A program made the translations under genes and the position numbers. The notes under the pieces are model-generated. The model made no database searches, was not told the origin of the DNA, and worked only from the letters and a program-made list of their open reading frames with translations. This document shows, one piece after another, positions 8,837-18,428 of a DNA stretch of 38,890 nt. Each line of letters opens with the position of its first letter. The first letter of the stretch is position 1. The stretch is taken from NCBI GenBank assembly GCA_016839705.1, contig JAEOTR010000045.1, forward strand, positions 1 to 38,890, read 5' to 3'. The DNA comes from Promethearchaeota archaeon. GTDB taxonomy: Archaea > Asgardarchaeota > Lokiarchaeia > Sigyniarchaeales > SOKP01.

Positions 8837-10030
8837 TTATAACTTATTTTTTTGTATTGCTTTTAAAATATCCAAATATTTTATCATTTCCTTCGTATCA
8901 CTTTTACCTATACAGAAGTCTAATTGTTTAGTAAAGTAATTATTAAATAATTTCAATTGGGGGCTAGAAATTATAAATTGAGAACCATCTTCAATCGTTT
9001 TATCGAATATTGAGTCTTTAACCTCTTCAATATTAATATTGATGATTTGTAGAGCAATCCATTCAAATAATTCCCCGACATTTTCATTTGTTTTTGCAGA
9101 GGTCTCCATATAATAAACTCCCAATTCTTTTGCTAAGCTCAAACCTTCTTCTGTAGATACTTGTCTTTCATCCTCCAAATCAACTTTATTTCCTACAAGT
9201 ATTAGAATAATATTTGGTTCCGTGACTTTATCGATAATGTCATACCATTTTCTGACATTTTCAAATGATTCTTTATTTGTTAAATCAAAAGTAATGATAC
9301 CTGCCCGTGAATCAGTTAAGTAATCTGGCCACAAGCGTTGGAATTGGTTTTGTCCTGCTAAATCCCAAATCATAAACTTTACAGAAGTATTTAATTCCTT
9401 AAATTTACATTCTTTCTTGGAGATAAAAGTTCCTATAGTTGCTTTATAATCTGCTTTAAATATTCCGTGAACATATCTTTGAACCATACTTGTTTTGCCT
9501 ACTCCACCATCTCCGATTAAGGATAGTTTGTATACATAATCTGGAGAATGTGATTTTTTCTGATAGTAATCCAATTTACGCCTTAATCTTTCAATTTCAG
9601 TATCCCGTTTAATTGTAGGAATAACTGGGCTCACGGGTAGTTCTCCATCAATAATTCGTGCTACCTTGTCAGCTGCTAAAAATGCATATGGAAAAACATC
9701 ATCTACAAATGTTGCAGGATGCAGAATAGATACTAATACATATTCTGATCCAGATTCACAAAAAATAAATCTATACTTATCAGTATCAAATGTTCCAGCA
9801 CCAAAAGTACCTAAATCAAAGTCTTGTGTTAATTTTTTAAGTATAACTTCAACTAGAGAACTGAATGCGCCTACAAATTTTTTTTCTTCGAGTTCATTAG
9901 AATCTCTTGTTAAAATATCGACTACTAAGCCATCCCTCCCGACAACAAGAACAGAAACTAATGAATCTCCTACTTCTTGCATATACCACTTGAATAATGC
10001 CATCAACCTTTCTTTATCTATGTATGTCAT
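8837..10030 (-). CDS. Roadblock/LC7 domain-Rab-like small GTPase fusion
   Basis: N-terminal roadblock-like 'SLVSVLVVGRDGLVV...'; Rab-like G1 GDGGVGKTS, ATIG, WDLAGQ, GNKVDL, ETSAK. Confidence 0.88.
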   Translation of the reverse strand: MTYIDKERLMALFKWYMQEVGDSLVSVLVVGRDGLVVDILTRDSNELEEKKFVGAFSSLVEVILKKLTQDFDLGTFGAGTFDTDKYRFIFCESGSEYVLVSILHPATFVDDVFPYAFLAADKVARIIDGELPVSPVIPTIKRDTEIERLRRKLDYYQKKSHSPDYVYKLSLIGDGGVGKTSMVQRYVHGIFKADYKATIGTFISKKECKFKELNTSVKFMIWDLAGQNQFQRLWPDYLTDSRAGIITFDLTNKESFENVRKWYDIIDKVTEPNIILILVGNKVDLEDERQVSTEEGLSLAKELGVYYMETSAKTNENVGELFEWIALQIININIEEVKDSIFDKTIEDGSQFIISSPQLKLFNNYFTKQLDFCIGKSDTKEMIKYLDILKAIQKNKL

Positions 10031-10316
10031 TAAACATCAGCCTCTTATTTTCATAACTTCCCTTATTTACTCAAAGGTATCTGATTTTTTCTAGACTACA
10101 TTACTAATAGTCTTCGAATATTTGAATTCTTTTAAATGGATAGAAGAAAAAAGGATTTAATATATAGAAAAAATTTAGTTTGAACACAAGGGATTTTTTA
10201 CTTCTTTATTATTGGTAAGGAGAAATAGAAAGTTGAACCTTTATCTCTTCTTTTAGATTCCATCTTAAGGAAGATATTTTTTTAAAAATATAAAAAAATC
10301 ATAAAAAGTTTAATTC

Positions 10317-11222
10317 TTAATCTAATCCATATACTTGTCTTGGGGCAAGGTATTTTGGAAATTTTTCCAAAAGCTTTAAACGAGTGAGATAACAGAGATG
10401 GCATTCATCAACATATTCATTTTCATGTTCAAGATTATACTCTTTCACTAATTGAGCTGGACCACCTCTAGTTAATGGTCCGCATATAGGATGTGCTTCA
10501 GCATCATATTTCATAATTAAATCTGATAATGGTGTCTCCCAAAAATTTCCTATGCTTAATCCTTGACAAATATGAGCATTTCCAAAAGAATCCACATGAA
10601 TTCTCCCAAGAGCTTTAAAATCTTCATATGGGCACTCAATGAATTCTTCCCATGATCTTTTTGGTAGATCGTGAATCAATCGTTCCACAGCTCTACCTTT
10701 AAACATAGCTCCACCACTAATTACGGGTTCTCCTTTTTCTTGGTCTTTTTTAACTGTCGGTTCTTCAATACAAATAGTCATTGAAGGTAATTTCAGATTA
10801 TCAGAAGCCTTTTTGGCAATTTTTGACAGGCTTTGATCCACATTTTCATAATGAAATGTGTCATCACTTATGCTAATATCATCAATACCTATCTCAGAAA
10901 ATGGTTGTAGCCATAGTTCTGCATCCTCAATACTAGTTGCCCAGTAAGAGTTTGTGACTATCCCAACTTTAAATCCATGCTCTTTAGCTAATCTTATTCC
11001 TTCAAGCAATAAAGGATAATAAAGAAACGGTTCCCCACCCTCAAAATAAATCCATTCCACGGATTGTATTTTTTTTGCTTCATTAAGAACTTCTTTAATT
11101 TGTTTTACAGTGAAGGTTCCATGAGAGCTTGGGCTACAATATAAAAAACAGTGATCACAGGAATAATTACATGTATAGGTTAACAAAAAATGGATTCCTT
11201 TCAACATTGTTAAATCCCTCAT
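10317..11222 (-). CDS. Radical SAM protein
   Basis: CNYSCDHC motif, GGEPFL, C-terminal Cys cluster (DECHLC). Confidence 0.9.
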   Translation of the reverse strand: MRDLTMLKGIHFLLTYTCNYSCDHCFLYCSPSSHGTFTVKQIKEVLNEAKKIQSVEWIYFEGGEPFLYYPLLLEGIRLAKEHGFKVGIVTNSYWATSIEDAELWLQPFSEIGIDDISISDDTFHYENVDQSLSKIAKKASDNLKLPSMTICIEEPTVKKDQEKGEPVISGGAMFKGRAVERLIHDLPKRSWEEFIECPYEDFKALGRIHVDSFGNAHICQGLSIGNFWETPLSDLIMKYDAEAHPICGPLTRGGPAQLVKEYNLEHENEYVDECHLCYLTRLKLLEKFPKYLAPRQVYGLD

Positions 11223-11321
11223 TAATCAAGGTTTATCATAAGGAACAATTTTTAATCTTAAATAAAATTAATTAATTAAAATTCATTGTTCTCTATTAAA
11301 TTTCGAATAAAGTGAGTTAAA

Positions 11322-12668
11322 ATGACTGAACCAATTAGTATTTATGAAAAGTACTTCAAAGACCCTAGACGTGAACCTGTATTAGTGGATTATGTAAGAA
11401 CACCTATTGGTAAAAGAAGTGGCACTATTATGAGGCATAGGGGAGATGATCTTGTGGTTCACTGTTATCGTACAATTGTGGAACGCAATGATTTTGATAT
11501 AAACATTATCGGAGATTCTATAGTGTCTTGTAATAGTCAAATTGGTGATTGTGCATTAGACATTGGAAGAACTTCGGCACTGGCAGCTCATCTACCAGTA
11601 AGTGTTCCCGGATTTTCAATTAACCGTCAATGCGCAGGTGGGGCACAGGCAGTAATTTCAGCATGGCAGGCGATTGCTTCAGGAATCCATGATTGTGTGA
11701 TCTGTGGGGGAGTGGAAGTCCAAAACAAATATCCCATCATGTCTGATGCATACGTATTTGATAAAGAACAAAATAAGCCAATTATGATTTCGCCAAATAA
11801 AAAAATAGGATCTCATCCTGAAATAATTCAAAAAAAAGAAGAGTATAACTCCCCATTTGCAGACCAAATTACATCTGCTCATGCAATTGGCGCGGTATGG
11901 ATGAAAAAATCGAATAAACCTTTAGAAGATTTTAGGCATGATGTTGATAGCTTATCTTTAATTTCTCACAAAAAAGCATGCTCAACCTGGGAAGAAAGAG
12001 GAAAGGAAATTGAGCCGATTTGGTGCCCTAAACTTGATGAAAATGGAAAGCCAACTTTAAATGAAAAAAAAAATATCACTAAAGATCCTAGTTTATCAGT
12101 TTTAACTGAAAATGATGAAACTCCTCGCCCTGGCACATCAATGGAAAAATTGACAAGCCTAAGGACCATTGCAGGGAGAAAGAGCACAGCTTTTCTCACA
12201 GCGGGTAATAGTTGTCCTACAAGTGACGGTGCTGCCGCCCAATTATGGATGACAAGAGGACTTGCTGAAGAAATTGGACTTAAAGCAAGAGCCACAATAG
12301 TAAACTTTTCTATAATTGGATCTGATCCTGTGTTACAACTCACAGGACCAATTAGGGCGATACCTGAAGCTTTAAATAGAGCTAATATGAATTTTGATAA
12401 CATGGATTTTATAGAAATAAATGAAGCCTTTAGCTCAGTGATATATGCATGTTGCTATGACTTAGGGTTAGATTGGGAAGAAGATCGATTTAATCCATGG
12501 GGCGGAGCAATTGCACTAGGTCATCCCACAGGAGCTACAGGTTGTCGACTTATAGGATCGAACATTCACCAATTAGAAGAATCCAGAAAGGAATATGCAA
12601 TTTCCAGTATGTGCGTAGGATTGGGAATGGGGATGGCTACAATAGTAAGGAATGAAAATCCAAAGTAG
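11322..12668 (+). CDS. Acetyl-CoA C-acyltransferase (thiolase)
   Basis: RTPIG, catalytic NRQCAGG, TAGNS..SDGAAA, INEAF, GHPTGATG, MCVGLGMG. Confidence 0.93.
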   Translation: MTEPISIYEKYFKDPRREPVLVDYVRTPIGKRSGTIMRHRGDDLVVHCYRTIVERNDFDINIIGDSIVSCNSQIGDCALDIGRTSALAAHLPVSVPGFSINRQCAGGAQAVISAWQAIASGIHDCVICGGVEVQNKYPIMSDAYVFDKEQNKPIMISPNKKIGSHPEIIQKKEEYNSPFADQITSAHAIGAVWMKKSNKPLEDFRHDVDSLSLISHKKACSTWEERGKEIEPIWCPKLDENGKPTLNEKKNITKDPSLSVLTENDETPRPGTSMEKLTSLRTIAGRKSTAFLTAGNSCPTSDGAAAQLWMTRGLAEEIGLKARATIVNFSIIGSDPVLQLTGPIRAIPEALNRANMNFDNMDFIEINEAFSSVIYACCYDLGLDWEEDRFNPWGGAIALGHPTGATGCRLIGSNIHQLEESRKEYAISSMCVGLGMGMATIVRNENPK

Positions 12669-12786
12669 TAACTTGTATATTTTTTTTCTTTTTTTTCTGA
12701 TAGTGTTAAATTGACAAAATTTATAGTTTAAGCTTTAATTTTATTTATATTGAAACTTAAAAAATCAATTTAGAGGTATCAATACT

Positions 12787-13977
12787 ATGATAGAATTTAC
12801 TGAAGAGCAAGAATTAATCAGAGAGAGTGTAAAAGAATTTGCCCAAAAGAAAATTGCTCCAATTGCGCTTGAGATGGAAGTTAATAAAAAAATTCCCGAT
12901 GATGTTATTAAGGGAATGGCAGAATTAGGAATATTGACTTGTACTGCAGATCCTGCATATGGAGGATCTGGATTAAATGCAGTTACCGCAGGTGTTATTG
13001 CAGAAGAATTAGCCAAGGGAGATTGCACCGGCTCAACATGCGTATTTTACTTGGTTCAAGCTGCATGGGGGTATTTACTGAATAAATACGGAACTGAAGA
13101 AGCAAAAAAAGAAATATTTCCAAAAACAAGTGCGGGAGATTGGTTTTTAGGAATAGCTACAACAGAAAGCGGTGCTGGTTCTGATGTTGTTGGTGGAAAG
13201 ACTCAAATTAGGAAAGATGGAGATTCTTTTATCGTTAATGGAGAGAAAATGTATATCAGCGGCGTTAGAGAAGCTGCAACTAATGGAGGTGGTCATGTTA
13301 CTATTGCTCATCAATCTCCTGAGTTGGGTTCAAGAGGCATGACTGTATTTTACTTACCTTTAACTGCTGATGGAATTACACCAACCTATATAGCTGATTT
13401 AGGCCGTGAAGGTATTTCTTGTGGAGGGTTTTCTATAGATGACGTAAAAATTCCTAAGCATTACATAATAGGGGAAGAAAATAAGGGATTTTATATTATT
13501 CATGAAGGCTATGAGTATGCTCGAGCATTAATTGCTGTGATATGTGCTGCTGCTGGGTTGAAGTCATTAGAGAATGGTATGAATTATGTGAAAGAGAGAA
13601 AAGTATTTGGACAACCATTAGCTAAATTCCAAGAAATAAACTTTAGATTAGCAGAACACTATACAAGACTAGAGATGCTGAAGAGGTTGGGTTATGAAGC
13701 GTTAAGAGCCATAGATTTGGAACAGGAAGGAAAAGGAGACAGATTTGAAACCAGTAAAATCGTAGCTATGTCAAAAATGTTTGCTTCCGATTGGGCTTGT
13801 GAAGCAATTAATGATGTTATCCAATGGCAAGGAGCTTTTGGCTATTCTAGAGAATGTCCTGATCAAGCTGCTTGGCGTGCTATTAGGTCATTTTCATTAG
13901 CTGAGGGTACACGTGAAGTTATGAAGATGATTGTGGCTCGTGAGTTGCTGGGTAAAGAATTAACGTCTTATAAATAA
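12787..13977 (+). CDS. Acyl-CoA dehydrogenase
   Basis: TESGAGSD, NGEKMYIS, ERKVFGQPL, GAFGY, AEGTREV. Confidence 0.93.
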   Translation: MIEFTEEQELIRESVKEFAQKKIAPIALEMEVNKKIPDDVIKGMAELGILTCTADPAYGGSGLNAVTAGVIAEELAKGDCTGSTCVFYLVQAAWGYLLNKYGTEEAKKEIFPKTSAGDWFLGIATTESGAGSDVVGGKTQIRKDGDSFIVNGEKMYISGVREAATNGGGHVTIAHQSPELGSRGMTVFYLPLTADGITPTYIADLGREGISCGGFSIDDVKIPKHYIIGEENKGFYIIHEGYEYARALIAVICAAAGLKSLENGMNYVKERKVFGQPLAKFQEINFRLAEHYTRLEMLKRLGYEALRAIDLEQEGKGDRFETSKIVAMSKMFASDWACEAINDVIQWQGAFGYSRECPDQAAWRAIRSFSLAEGTREVMKMIVARELLGKELTSYK

Positions 13978-14064
13978 TATCATAAAATTTTTTTTATATT
14001 TTTAATAGATTTTATAATAATCCTCAAAGGATTTTTTGAACTTAGTATAGAGTTTTTTATAATT

Positions 14065-14850
14065 ATGAAATTTATCGTATGTGTTAAACAAGTTCCTGAA
14101 ACAAACGACCTTAAATTTGATTCGGGTGCGAATAGAGTTTTAAAAGAAGGAGTTTCAACAATAATAAACCCGTTCGACCAGTTTGCTTTAGAGGAAGCAA
14201 TTAAAATTAGACAAGAAGGGGATGAAATAATTGCTATTTCTATCGGGGATGCTGAAACAAAAATTACCTTGATGAGATGTTTAGCTTTAGGTGCTGATAG
14301 GGGAATACTATTAGATGATGAGAAATTTCAAGATTCTGATACATTTGCAACTTCCAATATATTAGCAGCAGCTATAAAGAAAATAGGTGAGTATCATATG
14401 ATTTTTTGCGGAAATTCATCCTTTGACACCGGCTCGAGTCAGGTTGGACCCGAATTAGCCGCATTATTAAATATTCCTCAGTTCACATACGCAGAAAGCG
14501 TTGAGAAAGTTGAAAATGGAAAAATTAAAGTTAAAACTCAAACAGATGAGGGTTATAGGATTGTTGAATCTGAGCTTCCTCTACTTGTTACAGGAATTCC
14601 TCCATCATCCTTTCAACCTCGCATCCCACCACTACCAAAAATATTAGCAGCACGGAAAAAACCATTTGAAGTGTGGAAAACGGAGGATATTAAAGGTGAT
14701 GAGAATAAATTTGGTTCAACAGGTTCATTGATAAAGATTATAAAACTATATAAACCACCAAAAAGAGCAGAGGGGATAGTAATAACAGAAGACCCAAATA
14801 CAGCAGTAGAAAAATTAATGGAGATACTGAATAAAGATAAGGTGATTTAA
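14065..14850 (+). CDS. etfB: Electron transfer flavoprotein beta subunit
   Basis: VCVKQVP, INPFDQFALEEA, ALGADRG, DTFATS, QVGPELAALL. Confidence 0.95.
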   Translation: MKFIVCVKQVPETNDLKFDSGANRVLKEGVSTIINPFDQFALEEAIKIRQEGDEIIAISIGDAETKITLMRCLALGADRGILLDDEKFQDSDTFATSNILAAAIKKIGEYHMIFCGNSSFDTGSSQVGPELAALLNIPQFTYAESVEKVENGKIKVKTQTDEGYRIVESELPLLVTGIPPSSFQPRIPPLPKILAARKKPFEVWKTEDIKGDENKFGSTGSLIKIIKLYKPPKRAEGIVITEDPNTAVEKLMEILNKDKVI

Positions 14851-14852
14851 TT

Positions 14853-15854
14853 ATAGCTGAGTATAAAGATATCTGGGTATTTGTAGAAATTAAGAAAGAA
14901 AACATTAGGAGTGTTACTTTTGAATTACTTGGTAAAGCCAAAGAATTAACAAAAAGTACTGATGAAAAGGTTTGTGCTGTTCTTCTTGGAAAAGGAGTAT
15001 CGAAATTTTGTGAAGACTTGTCTTATCATAATATAGATAAGATATATTTGTGTGAAAATGACATTTTAGGAGAGTATCTTACTGAAACTTATTCAGTACT
15101 ACTTATTAATTTAATAAAGAAACATCTACCGAACATTATTTTATTCCCTGCAACTAAAATTGGAAGAGATTTAGCTCCAAGAGTTGCAGCAACCTTAGAA
15201 ACGGGTTTAACAGCAGATTGTATCGATTTAAAAATTCAAGATGGGAACTTGATACAAACACGTTCTGTTTATGGGGGTAATTACCTAGCAGATATCATTT
15301 GCCCTCAAACCAGGCCTCAAATGGCCTCAATAAGACCTAATATCATGGAAAAATCTGAACAAACTGACAAAAATCAACCCGAAATAATTCAATTTTCATC
15401 AGATTTAGATCCAGCTCAACTTAAAACTAAGGTAATAGAATACATTGAAACAACAGTATCTAATAAAAAACCAATTGATGAAGCTGATATTATAGTATCT
15501 GGGGGTAGAGGAATAGGAAGCAAAGAAAATTTCAAAATAATTGAAGACTTAGCTGACGTTTTAAATGCATCAATAGGTGCTAGTAGGGCAGCTGTGGAAG
15601 CGGGATGGATCTCAAAATCATGTCAAGTAGGACAAAGTGGTACTGTGGTATGCCCTAATATTTATATAGCATGTGGAATATCTGGAACAACACAACACCT
15701 AGTTGGTATGAAAAGTAGTAAAAAGATAATAGCTATTAATAAGGATCCTAATGCTCCGATCTTTGAAGTATGTGATTACGGTATAGTGGGTGATTATAAA
15801 GTAATAGTACCCTTATTAAAAGAGGCATTGGAAAAGAAATTATCTCACATATAA
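14853..15854 (+). CDS. etfA: Electron transfer flavoprotein alpha subunit (N-terminus extended upstream of the ORF-track call at 15018)
   Basis: Frame open from 14853 (ATA GCT GAG TAT AAA GAT ATC TGG GTA TTT GTA GAA..: AEYKDIWVFVE...VTFELLGKAKEL); GRDLAPRVAA, GLTADC, VSGGRG, GASRAAV, QVGQSG, GISG, AINKDPNAPIF. Confidence 0.92.
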   Translation: MAEYKDIWVFVEIKKENIRSVTFELLGKAKELTKSTDEKVCAVLLGKGVSKFCEDLSYHNIDKIYLCENDILGEYLTETYSVLLINLIKKHLPNIILFPATKIGRDLAPRVAATLETGLTADCIDLKIQDGNLIQTRSVYGGNYLADIICPQTRPQMASIRPNIMEKSEQTDKNQPEIIQFSSDLDPAQLKTKVIEYIETTVSNKKPIDEADIIVSGGRGIGSKENFKIIEDLADVLNASIGASRAAVEAGWISKSCQVGQSGTVVCPNIYIACGISGTTQHLVGMKSSKKIIAINKDPNAPIFEVCDYGIVGDYKVIVPLLKEALEKKLSHI

Positions 15855-15899
15855 ATATTTTTTAGATCAAAATTAATCCTTGAACGTCTCTCTAAGTTC

Positions 15900-15927
15900 T
15901 TTTAGGATTATAATTATAATCCTAAAA
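15900..15927. promoter_or_regulatory. Perfect 28-bp palindrome, probable operator upstream of the TauE gene
   Basis: ttttaggattataattataatcctaaaa equals its own reverse complement; ends 32 bp before the start at 15960. Confidence 0.55.
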
Positions 15928-15959
15928 TTTTTTAATTTTATCTCTTTATTAAAAATACC

Positions 15960-16784
15960 TTGCCATTAGGGGAAGAATTTATTGTACTTGCATTAATCTT
16001 TGGGATACTAATCGGCATTATTTCATCGATTGTTGGAATTGGGGGGGGTATTTTATTTATACCAACTTCAATATTTATTTTTGGTTTTTCTTTAAAAGAA
16101 TCTATCGTAATATCACTTTTTTCTATGACTGGATTGAATATAAGCGCTTCAATTCGATACATGAAAATGAAATTAATCAATTACCGGCTCTCGATAATAT
16201 ATAACATATGGGATTTCCCTGGTGTAATTGTTGGTGCTTGGGTCACTACTATAATAACACAGAATATTTTATCCGGTATTTGTGGAGCCCTAATTATATC
16301 TTTAAGCATAATTCTTTTCCGTAGGAATAATAAAGATAATCTAGAAAAAGAAATAACTCCGTCTTCAAAAAAAGGAGAAATCAACCAAAAAAAAAATAAA
16401 TTAGGAGTCAATAATCCCGTAATTGCATCCATAAGTTCTTTTTCTGGAGGATTCATCTCAGGTCTTGGTGGTGTGGGTGGGGGAACAGCAGATACAACCA
16501 CTATGATAATACTAGGCTTAGATCCTAAAGAAGCAGCAGCTACTTCTGAATTTGCTATGGTCTTTACTTCCCTATCAGGAGTAATAATTCATTTGCTTTT
16601 TGGTACATACAGTGGTTCTTTACTTTGGCCAATTATCATGACTTTAGGTGGAATTATCGGCGCTCAAATAGGGACCTATTTAACTACTAAAATCGAAAGT
16701 AAAATTGTCAGAAAACTTTTGGCTGTTTTCGCTTTTTATACTGGGGTGTTACTGATTCTTTTAATGTTTAATATTGGTTGGTAA
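15960..16784 (+). CDS. TauE/SafE (TSUP) family transporter
   Basis: GIGGGILFIP and GLGGVGGG repeats, 'PKEAAATS', about 8 TM segments. Confidence 0.88.
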   Translation: MPLGEEFIVLALIFGILIGIISSIVGIGGGILFIPTSIFIFGFSLKESIVISLFSMTGLNISASIRYMKMKLINYRLSIIYNIWDFPGVIVGAWVTTIITQNILSGICGALIISLSIILFRRNNKDNLEKEITPSSKKGEINQKKNKLGVNNPVIASISSFSGGFISGLGGVGGGTADTTTMIILGLDPKEAAATSEFAMVFTSLSGVIIHLLFGTYSGSLLWPIIMTLGGIIGAQIGTYLTTKIESKIVRKLLAVFAFYTGVLLILLMFNIGW

Positions 16785-16898
16785 CTCTTGTGTTGTAAGC
16801 AGTTATAAGATAAGTGTTCCAATGTTAAAAGCATCTTTAAAGAAAAAATAAGCTTAAGACTGAAATTATTTTGATTTTAAAGCGATATTAGTTATAAG

Positions 16899-18314
16899 TT
16901 AAGAGTGATAGTTCTGACCATTATCTCTATGAATTTTTTCTTTTTTTATTAAATATATCAACATCATGAGCGCAATACCGATAAGAAGTATTATTTCGTA
17001 TCCAGGTATACTAATATTATTATCTCCGGGGTGCGGTACTGGGCACTGATCAAGAATAAATTGCACTAAGCATAAGTCACCGCCACCCGCGCCATAACTA
17101 AAAGTAGTCCCCCCAACGAATGCAGTTCCATTGGTGCCCAATGATACCCCCATACAGACTTCCGTTTCACTTCCACCCCAGGTACAGTACCAATCTGCAA
17201 CACCAGTAGAATTGAACTTCACCAAACATATATCGTAATCTGCTAAACCATCAGAATTTGTGTAACCTGCAACATATACGTTTCCTGATTGGTCTATTTC
17301 CATCCCAAAGGTATAATCTAAATATCCTTCTTCCCATGTGCTATTCCATTGATAAATCCCTTCAGAATTGAACTTTACTAAGCATATATCATATTCTGGG
17401 TAAGTACCTTCAGTAATTCCAGAAACGTATAAATCATTAGATGAATTGATGATTATATCTGTGCCGTGATCTTTTTCGATTCCCCCCCATGTTTGAGTCC
17501 ATACCACACCAGATGAATTAAACTTAGCTAGATATACATCCCACTTCCCGGCTCCAAAACTTTTAGTATCTCCTACAACATAATAATTTCCTAGTAGATC
17601 TGTTGCCACGCCATATCCTTCATCTTGATTGATTCCTCCACATGTATAGTTCCAAACCACGCCTGTAGAGTTGAACTTTACCAAACACATATCAGATTCA
17701 CCTAAGCCAAAACTGTGAGTATATCCCGCAACATATACATTATTAGATGAATCTAAGGTGATGCTCTTTCCTTCTTCCTTATCATTTCCCCCCCACGTAT
17801 GATTCCATTCCACAGCCCCTGTCGTGTTAATCTTTAACAACCACATATCAGATTCGCCAGCCCCGAAACTTTCAGTCTTTCCTGTAATATAAATATTATC
17901 AAGTGAATCTAATATAATACTATTTCCAACATCCCTGTTGACTCCACCATAAGTTCGATTCCATTCCACCCCAGAAGAGTTGAACTTAACTAGGCATAAA
18001 TCAGCATCTCCTACCCCAAAACTATAAGTTTCCCCCACTAAATAAGAATTGTTAAATGAGTCTTTAGCGATGTCATACGTACGTTCCGATTCGTTTCCTC
18101 CCCATGTGTAAAAGGAAAGTTCAGTTGGGGCAATCGAATTATGAACATTATTAAAAGTCTTGTCGATTTTCATTCTACTCTGGTTAGGTATTATCGAACC
18201 CAGTATGAAAAGAACGAAAATCCCCACAACCAAAACTAATCCAAACTTTTTTTTAATTTTTCCCATTATGCACACAATTTTCGAAATCGTAATTGGATCT
18301 GCGTTACTATTCAA
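16899..18314 (-). CDS. Surface beta-propeller (SBBP-like repeat) protein with Loki-CTERM-type C-terminal anchor; start probably at 18266
   Basis: Signal peptide MGKIKKKFGLVLVVGIFVLFILG; about 7 repeats of 'DxCLVKFNSxG.xWNxTWGG'; C-terminal IPGY + TM helix + basic tail. Confidence 0.8.
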   Translation of the reverse strand: MNSNADPITISKIVCIMGKIKKKFGLVLVVGIFVLFILGSIIPNQSRMKIDKTFNNVHNSIAPTELSFYTWGGNESERTYDIAKDSFNNSYLVGETYSFGVGDADLCLVKFNSSGVEWNRTYGGVNRDVGNSIILDSLDNIYITGKTESFGAGESDMWLLKINTTGAVEWNHTWGGNDKEEGKSITLDSSNNVYVAGYTHSFGLGESDMCLVKFNSTGVVWNYTCGGINQDEGYGVATDLLGNYYVVGDTKSFGAGKWDVYLAKFNSSGVVWTQTWGGIEKDHGTDIIINSSNDLYVSGITEGTYPEYDICLVKFNSEGIYQWNSTWEEGYLDYTFGMEIDQSGNVYVAGYTNSDGLADYDICLVKFNSTGVADWYCTWGGSETEVCMGVSLGTNGTAFVGGTTFSYGAGGGDLCLVQFILDQCPVPHPGDNNISIPGYEIILLIGIALMMLIYLIKKEKIHRDNGQNYHS

Positions 18315-18428
18315 ATATATTATTTTATCATATTAAATACTTACTTTCAAGATAGAAAATAATTCCAAATAACCATCCAGTTTAGCCCAAAATTCTTCTT
18401 TGTAATTAGCAAATTAATCTGATCTAGT

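Noticed and set aside
17000-18120. Recurring 'ttgaactt...ca(t)atatc' nucleotide repeats
   Set aside because: Explained by the beta-propeller repeats of the encoded surface protein
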